This document shows, in pieces, positions 10,611-21,621 of a stretch of DNA of 62,272 bases. This DNA comes from a virus (lineage: Duplodnaviria; Caudoviricetes). The notes under the pieces are model-generated. The model was not told where the DNA came from. It saw only the letters and a program-made list of their open reading frames with translations, and did not search any database. Numbering within the stretch: position 1 is the stretch's first letter; every line of letters begins with the position of its first letter. Position numbers and translations under genes: made by a program. The stretch is from positions 1-62,272 of the IMG/VR virus record IMGVR_UViG_3300049489_000902. One strand, 5' to 3'.

Positions 10611-11291
10611 TTAAGAAGCGTCTGACCAATTTAACAAATTAATTAAACCAGGGGCATCTAATGCACCACGACGATCTCCTCTATCAGCTTGACGTTCAAA
10701 CTCATTATTGTAGTAGCTAATACCAGTTGCACCACCTTGAGCAACATTTTGTTCATTATCCATATAACTATATATGGTTTCTGCTTCCCAACTCATTGAA
10801 TCAGCTATTACCCATTCAGTTGCAGAGTATGAATATCGAATATTTTTAATCCATACATTCTTAATTACAGTAGTAATAACACCTGTTAATGCAGTTGGTG
10901 CTCCAGAATCAAATGCAGAAGGAGGATCTACATTTTGAATATCATATATATAAAGGTCAAATGGATATTGTTGAGCAGCAACATGAATAAATCCTCTTCC
11001 AAATGCTTCTGCCATTCTTAATCTATTAAACCTAATTCTTTCACATGATCCAGTAACATTGACAGAACCAGTTGGGCAAGAATCTATATGACCATCAGTA
11101 CCAACTTCATCAACTTGCTTAATACTTGGTCGCGCCTCATCAATATCTATTTTCTGTATAGCTCCAACAGGAGTTGTTCCAGCATAGATTAAAATATTAG
11201 TTGATAGTGAAACGCCTGTTCTGTTTTTACCATCTTTTCCAACAAGTGGTGATCTTGTGTTTGGGGCTGTTTTTATACTGTTATTAGCCAT
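10611..11291 (-). CDS. Tail tube protein
   Basis: Directly downstream of sheath; VGAIQKIDIDE...EVG and PFDLYIYD...TVIKNVWI...YSYS...IADSMSWEAE pattern. Confidence 0.75.
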   Translation of the reverse strand: MANNSIKTAPNTRSPLVGKDGKNRTGVSLSTNILIYAGTTPVGAIQKIDIDEARPSIKQVDEVGTDGHIDSCPTGSVNVTGSCERIRFNRLRMAEAFGRGFIHVAAQQYPFDLYIYDIQNVDPPSAFDSGAPTALTGVITTVIKNVWIKNIRYSYSATEWVIADSMSWEAETIYSYMDNEQNVAQGGATGISYYNNEFERQADRGDRRGALDAPGLINLLNWSDAS

Positions 11292-11303
11292 TTAAATTGC
11301 TCC

Positions 11304-14060
11304 TTAAATAAGTCCAACATTAATTTTAATATAGATAAAGTTAATTCCATATGTTGGTTGAACTTTAACCCCAACATTCCATTGTCTTGGATCTACTGAG
11401 TCTCTTTCTACTTTTAGATTTGCATACTTAGTAATCGCCTTATCACTTACTAATCCACTTAGTAAGCTAATAGCTCTATTTGTCATTAGAATAGGTGTTA
11501 ATGGACTTTCTGCCGTTCCAACCATTCCTTCAAATCCTGCACGCAGTTTCTTAGAAACATAATCTCTAATAAATACAATGCTTATTTCTTGTTCCTCAAC
11601 AAATCCTGATTGACTTGTTGTACAACCTGAAACGATTCTTCCACCACCTGATACTGGTTGTAATACACAGATACCAGCTGCAACTAATGACTCTAATACT
11701 GAAGGTCTGTATTGTTTATTCCTAAGAATCGTATAACCGCTTAATGTCTTTCTGGTTAATGGTTCTTCAATCTTAGATGTAGCGGCAATGTAACCGGCAG
11801 CTGCGGCAGCTTGATAGAAACCATCTACTAACGTATTAGTTCCATTTGCATTTACTACAATTTGGTCTGGATAGAAGTAAGCACAACGATATGTATTTCC
11901 GAATGCATTTGGTACTGAGTAATTAGCTAAGTCCTCAACATTTCCTGATAATATCTCTGTTACTGAATCTCCTTGAATTCCTTCTAGAATTCCAAGATTT
12001 TCAACAGCAGCAGGTTTAGTTCCAATTACATTTTCTGGTGTTAATCCTGCAATAGCTCCACAGAATAAGACTCTTTCTTTTCTATTCTTTGTAGAACTCA
12101 TTGCTAAACAATGATTTAATGTATTTTGGAAAATTACAGAAATCGTTTGTTTAGGTAGTGGTACAACTACATCTACTTCAGATACTTCTAATGCCTCTAA
12201 AGCATTAACCCAACCTGGATCATAGAATGAAGCGTCTTTTTCATCTATCAATGATACTCTTAAGGAATATCCATTAGGAACTACGTTTTTATTTACAACA
12301 ACATAATTGCTTGTATCAGTATTATCTAATACCTCATAACGCAATCCTGTTTCTGCTGTAAATCCTTTGCGTATAGTTAATGTATCTGTTCCTGAATTAA
12401 ATGAAGTAATATCATATAATCCGTTATTCGCAGCATTTCCATTAATCTTGAGTTTATAATTAGTTGGCGTTCCTAAACCTGTAAAGGCTATTGCAGCGCT
12501 TGTAAATGCTGCTGTAAACACTCCTACGTTTGGCACTAACGCGCCATCTGTAGAAGCATACCCATCAACAGCTAATCCTGTATTAGGATCAATTATCTCA
12601 AACGCAATTGAAGTTCCTGAAGTAAAATCAGGGAAAGTTAAAGATTCAAACTTTAATTTACCAGATGATACTGCTGATACTGTAAATGTTCCATTATTTG
12701 AAACATTTAATGCATCTATAATCTTAACTGATTTACCAACATATGATAAGTCAAATAATATTGAGGAACCCAAATAACCATCAGAGAATAAGTTTCCTCT
12801 TGTTATCGCTCCATCAAATCCACTAGCAATTGTAGCCGCTGCATTAATTACTGAGTAAGAGTATGAATTACCACCTGGATAAGCAACGTTATCTAATGCA
12901 AAGGCATTTACGGTTGGTTTTCCAGAAGTTCCTAATGTGTAAAATTCATATTTATTTGGAAGAACTTGTGCTTCAACATTTGTTGAATTGTTAGTTACAA
13001 AGAAATGAATATTTGCATCAACATCAGGAGCGATTCCAGAAGGAAGTGGGAATACAAAATCATCAGTAGATGTTGAAGTTGCTTTAAAATCATCTACTAA
13101 ATCAAATGATTGTCTTCGTGGCATTGCTGGTGCAGCTTGAACTGCAACTAAAGCAGGAGCGGCATTTGAGAAAGCTAAGAAAGCACCTAATGATAATGTA
13201 TTATCAGTTGTTGGAGCACCATGTCTTGCAACAAATGAATCAAAATCAGATATCAAAACAGGGTCATTTATATTTAATTCAGCAATATAAGTTGCAGTTA
13301 ATGAATTTGATTTAGTAAGAACTCCTGATTTTACTGATAATGTAAAAGCATCTCCCTCTCTAAATGGAGAGACTGAAGTTCCTAAATTCTTTGTTTCACC
13401 TATGGCAAAACTTAAGACTCCGTTACTAACTACGGTATTATTTGCAGTCCAAATTACAGGGTTTCCATTAGCATCTAATTTTTGACCTGATAAAGAACCT
13501 ATTGCAATAAATTTAGCAGTATCTTGTATTGGGTTTCCACCATTACGTTGAACTGATACACAACGAACTGTCCAAGTTTCTTGAGGAGCATTAACATCTA
13601 ATAATTGAAGGCTTGATAATGATCCTAAACCAACATTGGTTGAAACTGGAGTATAATAAGATCCACCTTGGTCTACTAAGTGGGCTTTTTGTAATTCTAT
13701 TTGTCCTGTAGCTGGGTCAATTCTATAATCATATTTATTACTAAATGATCCTGAATCTATTACAGATTCAGTTCCTACTAACTTGACTCCATTTCTATAT
13801 AAACTTGTTCTATTGGAAATTACAGGGTAGGCAGATAGCAAGAAATGCCTTCCATCTGAACCAGATGAAGAGGTATAAGTTGGATCTAAACCATCTTTTC
13901 CACTACCATTTGCTGAAGAAACTAACGTTTCCTGTGAATTTCCTTCACCTATAATTGCAGCAATTCTGGAGCCAACAGATACATTTGCTGCTCTTGTGTC
14001 AGTTACTGTATCTGAATACGCACCAGGTAAAGCGTCATTTGCACCAGCAATATTAGCCAT
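11304..14060 (-). CDS. Contractile tail sheath protein
   Basis: N-terminal LPGAYS, C-terminal sheath core (QEISIVFIRDYV...VKVQPTYGINFIYIKINVG), large inserted domains. Confidence 0.85.
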   Translation of the reverse strand: MANIAGANDALPGAYSDTVTDTRAANVSVGSRIAAIIGEGNSQETLVSSANGSGKDGLDPTYTSSSGSDGRHFLLSAYPVISNRTSLYRNGVKLVGTESVIDSGSFSNKYDYRIDPATGQIELQKAHLVDQGGSYYTPVSTNVGLGSLSSLQLLDVNAPQETWTVRCVSVQRNGGNPIQDTAKFIAIGSLSGQKLDANGNPVIWTANNTVVSNGVLSFAIGETKNLGTSVSPFREGDAFTLSVKSGVLTKSNSLTATYIAELNINDPVLISDFDSFVARHGAPTTDNTLSLGAFLAFSNAAPALVAVQAAPAMPRRQSFDLVDDFKATSTSTDDFVFPLPSGIAPDVDANIHFFVTNNSTNVEAQVLPNKYEFYTLGTSGKPTVNAFALDNVAYPGGNSYSYSVINAAATIASGFDGAITRGNLFSDGYLGSSILFDLSYVGKSVKIIDALNVSNNGTFTVSAVSSGKLKFESLTFPDFTSGTSIAFEIIDPNTGLAVDGYASTDGALVPNVGVFTAAFTSAAIAFTGLGTPTNYKLKINGNAANNGLYDITSFNSGTDTLTIRKGFTAETGLRYEVLDNTDTSNYVVVNKNVVPNGYSLRVSLIDEKDASFYDPGWVNALEALEVSEVDVVVPLPKQTISVIFQNTLNHCLAMSSTKNRKERVLFCGAIAGLTPENVIGTKPAAVENLGILEGIQGDSVTEILSGNVEDLANYSVPNAFGNTYRCAYFYPDQIVVNANGTNTLVDGFYQAAAAAGYIAATSKIEEPLTRKTLSGYTILRNKQYRPSVLESLVAAGICVLQPVSGGGRIVSGCTTSQSGFVEEQEISIVFIRDYVSKKLRAGFEGMVGTAESPLTPILMTNRAISLLSGLVSDKAITKYANLKVERDSVDPRQWNVGVKVQPTYGINFIYIKINVGLI

Positions 14061-14141
14061 ATTCGTTCCTTAAAAAAATCAATTAGTAGAGCCTAATTTT
14101 ATATGTTATTATTCGCATTAATTAACATTTACTTTGTTTAT

Positions 14142-14942
14142 TTACAATTTTATTAATACATCTTGCCAGTTTACCTCTGTATTTATTCCTAAATTAGCAG
14201 CAGGCACACTTGTTTCTGATGAAAGATTTTGGAAATCCAATGCAAATTTTACTGATTCTATTATATTGCCTATTGGAATTTCCCTTCTCCATTCAGTTCT
14301 AATATCAAAAGTTATTGATTGTTTAAATATTTTATCATTTCTATCTTCTGTATCTGTAGGAGAACTTACTGACAATGGTTTTACCAATACACCAGCATTT
14401 TTTAATGTATCAAATCCTATGTCAGTAAGAAACATACTTACTAATTCTATTAAATCATCTCTTACTCTAGGAGATCTAGTTGATACTTCTATTGAAATAG
14501 AGCCTTCCCAAATTCCTGCAAATAAAAATGCTCTAGGATTATTAAATGTTATTTGCCTTCCATACCCATCATCATATAATCTTGGTTCATATAATATATG
14601 AGTCATTTCCCTATTCATTGATAAAGGAACTGATTTTGAACTATTATTTTTTATTAAAATTGATGGAAGAAAAACTGCATCAAATCTATTATTTTCTCCA
14701 ATATAAACCCTTGTCGTAGAATCTATTGTAGAATTTGTAGTCCCAGCTCCTAGAGGAAGATCTTTATGAGAAGGTGTGTTTGGAAAACCCCATTGATCTT
14801 GGGAGTAATGGTAATATGAATCTCTAGAAAAATAATCTCTTAAATTTGCTATTAATACTTCTTTTGGAAAAATGATCATTGAAGATTGTATTATATTATA
14901 CAATCCATAAAGATCTGATCTGAAGATATTGTTAGTTGACAT
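14142..14942 (-). CDS. Tail completion/terminator-like protein
   Basis: LPSILIK...SISIEVSTRS..VRDDLIELV...ITFDIRTEW; upstream of sheath. Confidence 0.55.
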   Translation of the reverse strand: MSTNNIFRSDLYGLYNIIQSSMIIFPKEVLIANLRDYFSRDSYYHYSQDQWGFPNTPSHKDLPLGAGTTNSTIDSTTRVYIGENNRFDAVFLPSILIKNNSSKSVPLSMNREMTHILYEPRLYDDGYGRQITFNNPRAFLFAGIWEGSISIEVSTRSPRVRDDLIELVSMFLTDIGFDTLKNAGVLVKPLSVSSPTDTEDRNDKIFKQSITFDIRTEWRREIPIGNIIESVKFALDFQNLSSETSVPAANLGINTEVNWQDVLIKL

Positions 14943-14944
14943 AT

Positions 14945-17900
14945 TTACCAGACATATTCTACAACTATTGGTGATAACAGGTAAAAGACAGTTTGATTTG
15001 CTGAAGGTATTTTAATATCTGCATTAACTGTTAATACATAATCATTTCCGTCATGAGTATACAAATCAACATCCTGTGGTGATACGTACATTCCACCTGA
15101 ATTAAATTGAACTTGTACTGATTTGCCTAAATTACCTTGGCTATTAGGTTGGGATGCAGGTACAGATAATCCTGAAATAGTATCAGATACTATATAATTA
15201 AGATTTCCCTTTGGATTTGTTGGAGCAATTGTGGCTAAATCTGTAGCATTATTGCTATATGCGCTTCCAAACCCATCTCCAGTTACTAAATCAAAACTAT
15301 CTAAATTTTCAGTATCAGTATTTATATTTACTCTCTTATATAATGAGTATGTAAATGTACTACTAACAGTTGGTAAAGTTCCAAAATCTTCATTTACAGC
15401 TCTTACATAAGCATAAATTTTCTTTATATTTGTGTAATCATTAATGTAATTATTAAATGGTATTTGCCATGAACATTTAAACTTATTTGTACTACTGGCT
15501 GATTTCCTCACTCTTATCATTGTAGTATTAGAAGCAGATCTGACTCTATCATAGACATCTCCTGAATTATGTAATGCATCGAAATCAAACATAGATGTTA
15601 TGTTAATTCCTAATTCAGATTTAACATCAACAGGTGCATAATCTAATTTGCCTACATTCCATACACTATCTGTATTTGTCCAATGATAAGCCCCAAATCC
15701 ATCTCCACCATATTGGAAAAATTCTTGTGTTAATGGAATTGCAATTCTTCCCCATTGATTCTTATTATTATTTATAGTAAAACTACCATTAAATCCTTGA
15801 ATAGCCTCATTGTAAACTTCTATAGGATTAGTATCTATAGTTGATTTATCATTAAAACTATTAAACTTAATTGTTCCACTTGAGCCATTAAATCCACTCC
15901 AAACATCATCTGATCCCAGAATATAAGCTTTAATATCTGTGTTTGCAGTTTTTTCAATATAATTATTATTAATATTATATGTTTTTCCTTTTACTACAAT
16001 TCCAGCTGAAATTGTAGCCGAATCTACTACTTCTTTAATTGTATTATTTTCAATTAAAGCAGATGACTCACACATAATTCCATAATTATATTTATATGTA
16101 TCAGCTCCAATAATATTAGGACAAATTGTATTATTACTTATAATACAAGCCATGTCATTAGATAATGTTATTCCATTACTGGTAGTTCCAGTAGTTGGAG
16201 AACTTGTTACATAAATAGCTGCCAATGAAGATTTGTAAATAATTTCATCAGGATTATCTAACCCGTCATCATAAGTCGTAAATAAATTAAATCCAACTCC
16301 TGATGTTAATGTATTATTATTTATCTTTAATGAAGATGTATTTTTACCAGTAACCATTGCGTGAATATGATTACAATTGTTTCCTTCTATTATTGCATTT
16401 GCAGAAGAATACTTGTATTTCAAAGTATCATGAGCTGACCATGCTCTAGCAAATTTTCCTTCAGCATTTACGGATCCAATAAATGAGGCTGTATTATTTC
16501 TAATAACTATATTAGATCCTCTTCTTGAATTAGCTATAGAGTTAGTTAATAAATATCCTATTACTTCGGCTGTATTTCCCTCAATAATAACATTGGTTGC
16601 ACCAAACATCTTTACAACTGTTCCAGAACTTCCATCAACTGATTCAGGGCAAGCTAATATTATTTGTTGTTGGTTTCTGCAAATATTTCCAGAAATCAAT
16701 ATATTCTCTAACTCAACTCTCTTAGTAAGATCAGTAGAAGTTCCTTGTTGCCTTGTTGCAAAAATAATTGCAGTATAAGGATCAAATGTTCCATCAATTG
16801 ATGTTTGTGATTTAAAGGTATTTTTTGAAATTTCAATATTTCTTACAAAATTATTTGCAGCTTGAAGCGCATTTGTCCCTGACTCTAATGGATATGACAA
16901 CAATTTTATAAACGGGAAATGATAATTATACTGTCCAGTATAATTAAACACACATTCTTTAATATTAATATTTTCAAAATCTAAAGAAGTACCAGCTCCC
17001 GTTAAATATCCTTGACGTAAAACTATAGTAGAATCACCAACCGCATAAGCTGTAGTTGAACTTCCTTGATCTCCTATAGCCGCATTACTTATTCCACCAT
17101 CTTTAGGTCCATAAGATTGATTAAAAATACACTTTGTAATATTAATATTATTTATATTAGCAATAGCATGTGTATTTGAACCTGTAATAAATATTCCTGT
17201 TAAATAATTACCTTCAAAAGTACAATTATTTATGGTAATATTACTGCTTCCTCTTCCAATCCTAATTCCTGAAACTGGAACATATCCATCATCTGATATT
17301 GCAGGATTTGATCCTTCATAAATTGTATTCAATACAAATTTACATGAATCTAATACCCAACCAGATCCGCCATTAATGTCTATTAATTTCCTTCCATCAT
17401 TTCCATATCCACCAAGATTTGAAGTAATGTTACAATTTATAAACTTAATATTATTTAATTCAGATTGGAAACATGCTCTAGCACTAGTTATGTCTGTATA
17501 ACTAGCTAAACTAGTAGAATTAATTGTTAAATCACAATTTTCAAATGTTAAATCTGAAACTGTATTAACGCCATTAATAGAATCAAATAAAGCCCTATCT
17601 TCAGTATTTATTATAAACTTAGTATTCTTTACTAATAAATTCTTTCCAAATTTAATAGATCCATTTACAGTTATCTCAGAATCATTTCCGCCATCAATAA
17701 CTGTATACTTATCAAATACTAACCTAATATCTGTTACAGATTCATTTATTCCATTTAAATAAATCTTATTTGAATTTCCATTATTCTTATTTAATTTAGC
17801 ATAATTAATTGCTGCTGTTAAACTTCTGAAATTAGATTGCTCTTTAGAACCAGAATATACAACTGGAACTACATTATTTACGTTATTTACATATTTTCTT

Positions 17901-20900
17901 ATATCAAAAATATGTAAATCATATGTAGTTCCAACGCCTGATCCACCCAACAAACTATTTACAACGTAAAGTACCGTTACTTTATTGTCTTTAATTAAAT
18001 CACTAAATCTAGAAGCATTTAATATGTAACTATTTGAAGTAATATTATTAAAGGCTGTAAATTGTCTATCTGTATCTGGTGTTTGATATGTATTTAAACT
18101 AGTTAAAGATACATCTGAATTAAATAAATTGTTATTATAATCTAATAATGGAACTAAATTATAATCTCCATTAGAATTTAAACATACTGCAAAGTTAACA
18201 GAATAATAATTTCCATTATAAAGTTCTTTAACTGGTGGAATATGTAATGTCTCAGAGTTTCTTAAAACTACTTTACCATTTACAATAGACTTTCCACCTT
18301 GTAGATAAATCTTATTGGTATTTGGATTGGTTAAGCCAACTTGGTCTACTAAATCAAATCCTGAAATTATACCACTTCCATGTAATAATGCATCAGTTTC
18401 TGAAATATAATCTAAAGCAGAAGTAGTTAAATCTTTTTCTGATATCGTTCCAAATTGTCTACGATCTACAATGTTAACAATTCCAGTTTCATTTTGCTGA
18501 CATGAACCCAATAACATTATCTCATTATCTAATGATAATGTTGGGAACAATTGAACATCAAAATACTCATTAGTAACATTTACTTGTGCATTAAATACAA
18601 AATCAATAAATTCTATATTTGTATTATCATAAGCCCTAAATACTTGACCTATCTTTCCAATTGTAACAGGTCCTATATTGCTTATGTTTGTTCCATCATA
18701 TTTACATAATACACAATTAATTTCGCCAGTAGATACTGAAACTGAATTTACTTTTAATGTTATTTTATTTAAATCTCCAAATAAATCACCTCTTAATTTA
18801 TTTGAGACATTTAAGATATCAAAATAAGCTGAGTTAACAGTTCCTCTTAATGTTTGCCCATTAATAGTTTTATTACCACTAACACTAAACCTTGCTCTTT
18901 CTTGAGCAAAAGTTTCACCAGATTCATTTATCATTATTTCATGATAACGTTTAAATCCAGTTTGAGCTGATTGGTCACTTAAATTCTGGTCATTAAATAC
19001 TGCTGTATCTCCACAGAAATATAATCTAACATATCCATCAATAGGAACTAAATTAGTATCAACTACAGATATTCCTGGGGCATTATGAACTCCATCAACT
19101 ACTACTATATTAGTTACTGGATTTAATCCTACACAAGCTGTATAATCTACAGACTCAATTATAAATCTGCCATAATTTAGATATTGTGTTTGATTTAATA
19201 CTGGTGTTGATTCATCAGGTTGAACTACAACGGTTTTTCCTTCAATTAATTTAGACAATCTTAAATCTAAACTTATAGCATATTTTGTTTGTATTTTACC
19301 AGCAGCAGCTGTTCTTTCTACTATCTTAGCTTTCCAATATCCATCACCATAATCATCAATAGCTTGGTCTATATCTTTTTCAAAATCAGATCTTTCAGTT
19401 CCATTTACATAAAAATTATTACGAGTTAATGGTAATATTATTTTAGTTGGATGTAAGGCTAATTCTACAGAAGTATAAGCTTGGTATGGTGGGCTTGCGA
19501 CATTTGAGCCATCTGGTCCTAATCCTAATGCATCTTGATTATTTTGTACATCAATTACATTCTTAGGAAGATTTAATGCTGTTTGAACAGTATCAATTAA
19601 TCCTGCATTATCTAAATATACACTTATAATAGAGAAACCACAGTTATTATATGAATCCGCTAGCATTATTCCAAATTCACCTTTATGTGAAAATGCAATA
19701 AACCTATAATTAAATCCATTTGTTCTAAATGCGTTGTTTACATTTTCTACTACTGATTCTAATGTATACTTTCCAGGAGTAGCTCCAGCATTACCTGTAA
19801 CATCTATTGCTAATAATTTATATTCTGAAGCTAATGTTCCATCATTATAAATTGTTAAGTATAAATTATAATGATCTTGATCTAATTGAGATGCATCAAA
19901 ACCTATACCTAATGCTTGAGCACCTTTAGGAGAGCCAACTAAAACACTAGTGTTATTATTTTGATTTAATGCTGATAGTGCTAATACACCAAGCTTATTG
20001 CTATTAACTAATGATCTATCTATAGAAGCATATCCATCTTCAGTATCTAATAGATTTTTACCTTCTATTCTTACATAAAAGCTTCTATTTGGACCTGAAA
20101 CTGCATATTTCTTTTCTTTTATAAGAAATGATGTTTTAACTGAACCATAATCTATAGTAAGAATATCTCCAATTCTTACATTTGTAAAATAAGCATCAAA
20201 TTCATTTGCTGGTAGTGATGGAGTAAATTTAATTACATCATCTCCAGTTGTAATACTATCTACAGGAGAAGTAGCATTAGAATTCAATAGATAAGCATGT
20301 ACTTGAGTAGTTGGAACAATACTAACTCCAACTCCATCAATATTCTTATCTAATCTAGATGATCTAGATTCTTTAGAAATTCCATTAGAATATAAGTTTT
20401 TAATTAAATTACTATATGAATTTGTTGTATCTAAGTAATCAAATATAGCTTGAACATCTTGTTCTGTTCTTGGAATATTTGCAAAACCAGCAGAATCAAC
20501 ATAAATACCTGAAGCAATATGAGCATGTGTTGCTGGATAAGATCTACTTCCGTCATTAGTTGTAACTGAACCTACAGCTCCACCAGTACCATCTGCTTTT
20601 TGATGATAAACAGATTCGTCATTTAAATCTTTTAATCCAACATAAGCGTCATCAGATCTATAATTACCTAATTTATCTTTAAATAATTCGGCTTCAACTG
20701 TAGAAACTACTATATGGTCTAAATTATGTTTAAATGAAAGCCCAAGAATATGTGGGTCTAATTTAACACCAATTAAACTTAGCCAATTAGTTAAAGTAGT
20801 TACACTTATACCTAAATTAGAAATTAAATTAAATAAATCATTTGTTGGATAATTTAAATCTAATTTAGATTCTTTAATAGCTGCTACTGCTGATATTTGA

Positions 20901-21157
20901 GAATCAGTTATTGGTAATGTAATTAAACCAGCAGCAGCTAAAGCAGATGATTTAAGACTTCCATCAGGATTTAGAGAATTATTTAATCTTTGAGTAATAG
21001 TAGCTTGCGTTCCTGCTGCTCCTACTCCAATATTTGATTCAATATTAATTACAGCATCTTTTAATGCGTTTAATATATCTTCTCCTATTTCAGTTATATT
21101 ACCACTAACTGACGGAATCGTAAGATCATTATCTAAATCTGTAGGGAAGTTACTCAT
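14945..21157 (-). CDS. Very large fibre/tailspike-like virion protein with C-terminal parallel beta-helix region
   Basis: 2070 aa; N-terminal MSNFPTDLD; repeated NITINNCTF/NIEISKNTF/NVIIEGNT/IISNNTI beta-helix turns. Confidence 0.6.
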   Translation of the reverse strand: MSNFPTDLDNDLTIPSVSGNITEIGEDILNALKDAVINIESNIGVGAAGTQATITQRLNNSLNPDGSLKSSALAAAGLITLPITDSQISAVAAIKESKLDLNYPTNDLFNLISNLGISVTTLTNWLSLIGVKLDPHILGLSFKHNLDHIVVSTVEAELFKDKLGNYRSDDAYVGLKDLNDESVYHQKADGTGGAVGSVTTNDGSRSYPATHAHIASGIYVDSAGFANIPRTEQDVQAIFDYLDTTNSYSNLIKNLYSNGISKESRSSRLDKNIDGVGVSIVPTTQVHAYLLNSNATSPVDSITTGDDVIKFTPSLPANEFDAYFTNVRIGDILTIDYGSVKTSFLIKEKKYAVSGPNRSFYVRIEGKNLLDTEDGYASIDRSLVNSNKLGVLALSALNQNNNTSVLVGSPKGAQALGIGFDASQLDQDHYNLYLTIYNDGTLASEYKLLAIDVTGNAGATPGKYTLESVVENVNNAFRTNGFNYRFIAFSHKGEFGIMLADSYNNCGFSIISVYLDNAGLIDTVQTALNLPKNVIDVQNNQDALGLGPDGSNVASPPYQAYTSVELALHPTKIILPLTRNNFYVNGTERSDFEKDIDQAIDDYGDGYWKAKIVERTAAAGKIQTKYAISLDLRLSKLIEGKTVVVQPDESTPVLNQTQYLNYGRFIIESVDYTACVGLNPVTNIVVVDGVHNAPGISVVDTNLVPIDGYVRLYFCGDTAVFNDQNLSDQSAQTGFKRYHEIMINESGETFAQERARFSVSGNKTINGQTLRGTVNSAYFDILNVSNKLRGDLFGDLNKITLKVNSVSVSTGEINCVLCKYDGTNISNIGPVTIGKIGQVFRAYDNTNIEFIDFVFNAQVNVTNEYFDVQLFPTLSLDNEIMLLGSCQQNETGIVNIVDRRQFGTISEKDLTTSALDYISETDALLHGSGIISGFDLVDQVGLTNPNTNKIYLQGGKSIVNGKVVLRNSETLHIPPVKELYNGNYYSVNFAVCLNSNGDYNLVPLLDYNNNLFNSDVSLTSLNTYQTPDTDRQFTAFNNITSNSYILNASRFSDLIKDNKVTVLYVVNSLLGGSGVGTTYDLHIFDIRKYVNNVNNVVPVVYSGSKEQSNFRSLTAAINYAKLNKNNGNSNKIYLNGINESVTDIRLVFDKYTVIDGGNDSEITVNGSIKFGKNLLVKNTKFIINTEDRALFDSINGVNTVSDLTFENCDLTINSTSLASYTDITSARACFQSELNNIKFINCNITSNLGGYGNDGRKLIDINGGSGWVLDSCKFVLNTIYEGSNPAISDDGYVPVSGIRIGRGSSNITINNCTFEGNYLTGIFITGSNTHAIANINNINITKCIFNQSYGPKDGGISNAAIGDQGSSTTAYAVGDSTIVLRQGYLTGAGTSLDFENINIKECVFNYTGQYNYHFPFIKLLSYPLESGTNALQAANNFVRNIEISKNTFKSQTSIDGTFDPYTAIIFATRQQGTSTDLTKRVELENILISGNICRNQQQIILACPESVDGSSGTVVKMFGATNVIIEGNTAEVIGYLLTNSIANSRRGSNIVIRNNTASFIGSVNAEGKFARAWSAHDTLKYKYSSANAIIEGNNCNHIHAMVTGKNTSSLKINNNTLTSGVGFNLFTTYDDGLDNPDEIIYKSSLAAIYVTSSPTTGTTSNGITLSNDMACIISNNTICPNIIGADTYKYNYGIMCESSALIENNTIKEVVDSATISAGIVVKGKTYNINNNYIEKTANTDIKAYILGSDDVWSGFNGSSGTIKFNSFNDKSTIDTNPIEVYNEAIQGFNGSFTINNNKNQWGRIAIPLTQEFFQYGGDGFGAYHWTNTDSVWNVGKLDYAPVDVKSELGINITSMFDFDALHNSGDVYDRVRSASNTTMIRVRKSASSTNKFKCSWQIPFNNYINDYTNIKKIYAYVRAVNEDFGTLPTVSSTFTYSLYKRVNINTDTENLDSFDLVTGDGFGSAYSNNATDLATIAPTNPKGNLNYIVSDTISGLSVPASQPNSQGNLGKSVQVQFNSGGMYVSPQDVDLYTHDGNDYVLTVNADIKIPSANQTVFYLLSPIVVEYVW

Positions 21158-21167
21158 TTTTTCTCAA

Positions 21168-21581
21168 TTATTCTTTAGAACCAGTTTCTTGAGCTTCGAC
21201 AGGCTTTTCTTCAGCTGGCTTTACATCAGCCGTAGCTTCTTCTTTTAGGTTTAATTTTGAATATATTAAACCTTTTATTACTTTATAAACTAAACCTGAA
21301 AGTAAACCTGCAACTAAACCAAATAAAAATCTTTGGCTCGATGAAGTTGCTGTTGCTGTGAAAACAAAGCTTTTATCCCAATATCCATATAAACCTCCAA
21401 ATAGCACAGGAAATATTGGTAAGAATAATTCTGTCCAAAATTTGGATGTTTTTGATGCGGATACTTTTGGATTATCTAAAATAAATTCAATTATTTTCCT
21501 ACAAACAAAAGTAGCAGCTGATATTCCAAGGCAAAGTAAAACAAAATATACACTTAAAATCTGAGATAATACTGATTCCAT
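21168..21581 (-). CDS. Small membrane protein (holin-like, 3 hydrophobic segments)
   Basis: VYFVLLCLGISAATF, LFLPIFPVLFGGLYG, FLFGLVAGLLSGLVY; charged C-tail. Confidence 0.5.
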   Translation of the reverse strand: MESVLSQILSVYFVLLCLGISAATFVCRKIIEFILDNPKVSASKTSKFWTELFLPIFPVLFGGLYGYWDKSFVFTATATSSSQRFLFGLVAGLLSGLVYKVIKGLIYSKLNLKEEATADVKPAEEKPVEAQETGSKE

Positions 21582-21621
21582 TATACTCTCTCTTTCTAAA
21601 TATTACTATTTTATTAGCCGA

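Noticed and set aside
1-21157. Bacterial contractile injection system/tailocin rather than phage
   Set aside because: Capsid, prohead protease-scaffold and neck genes are present in the same region
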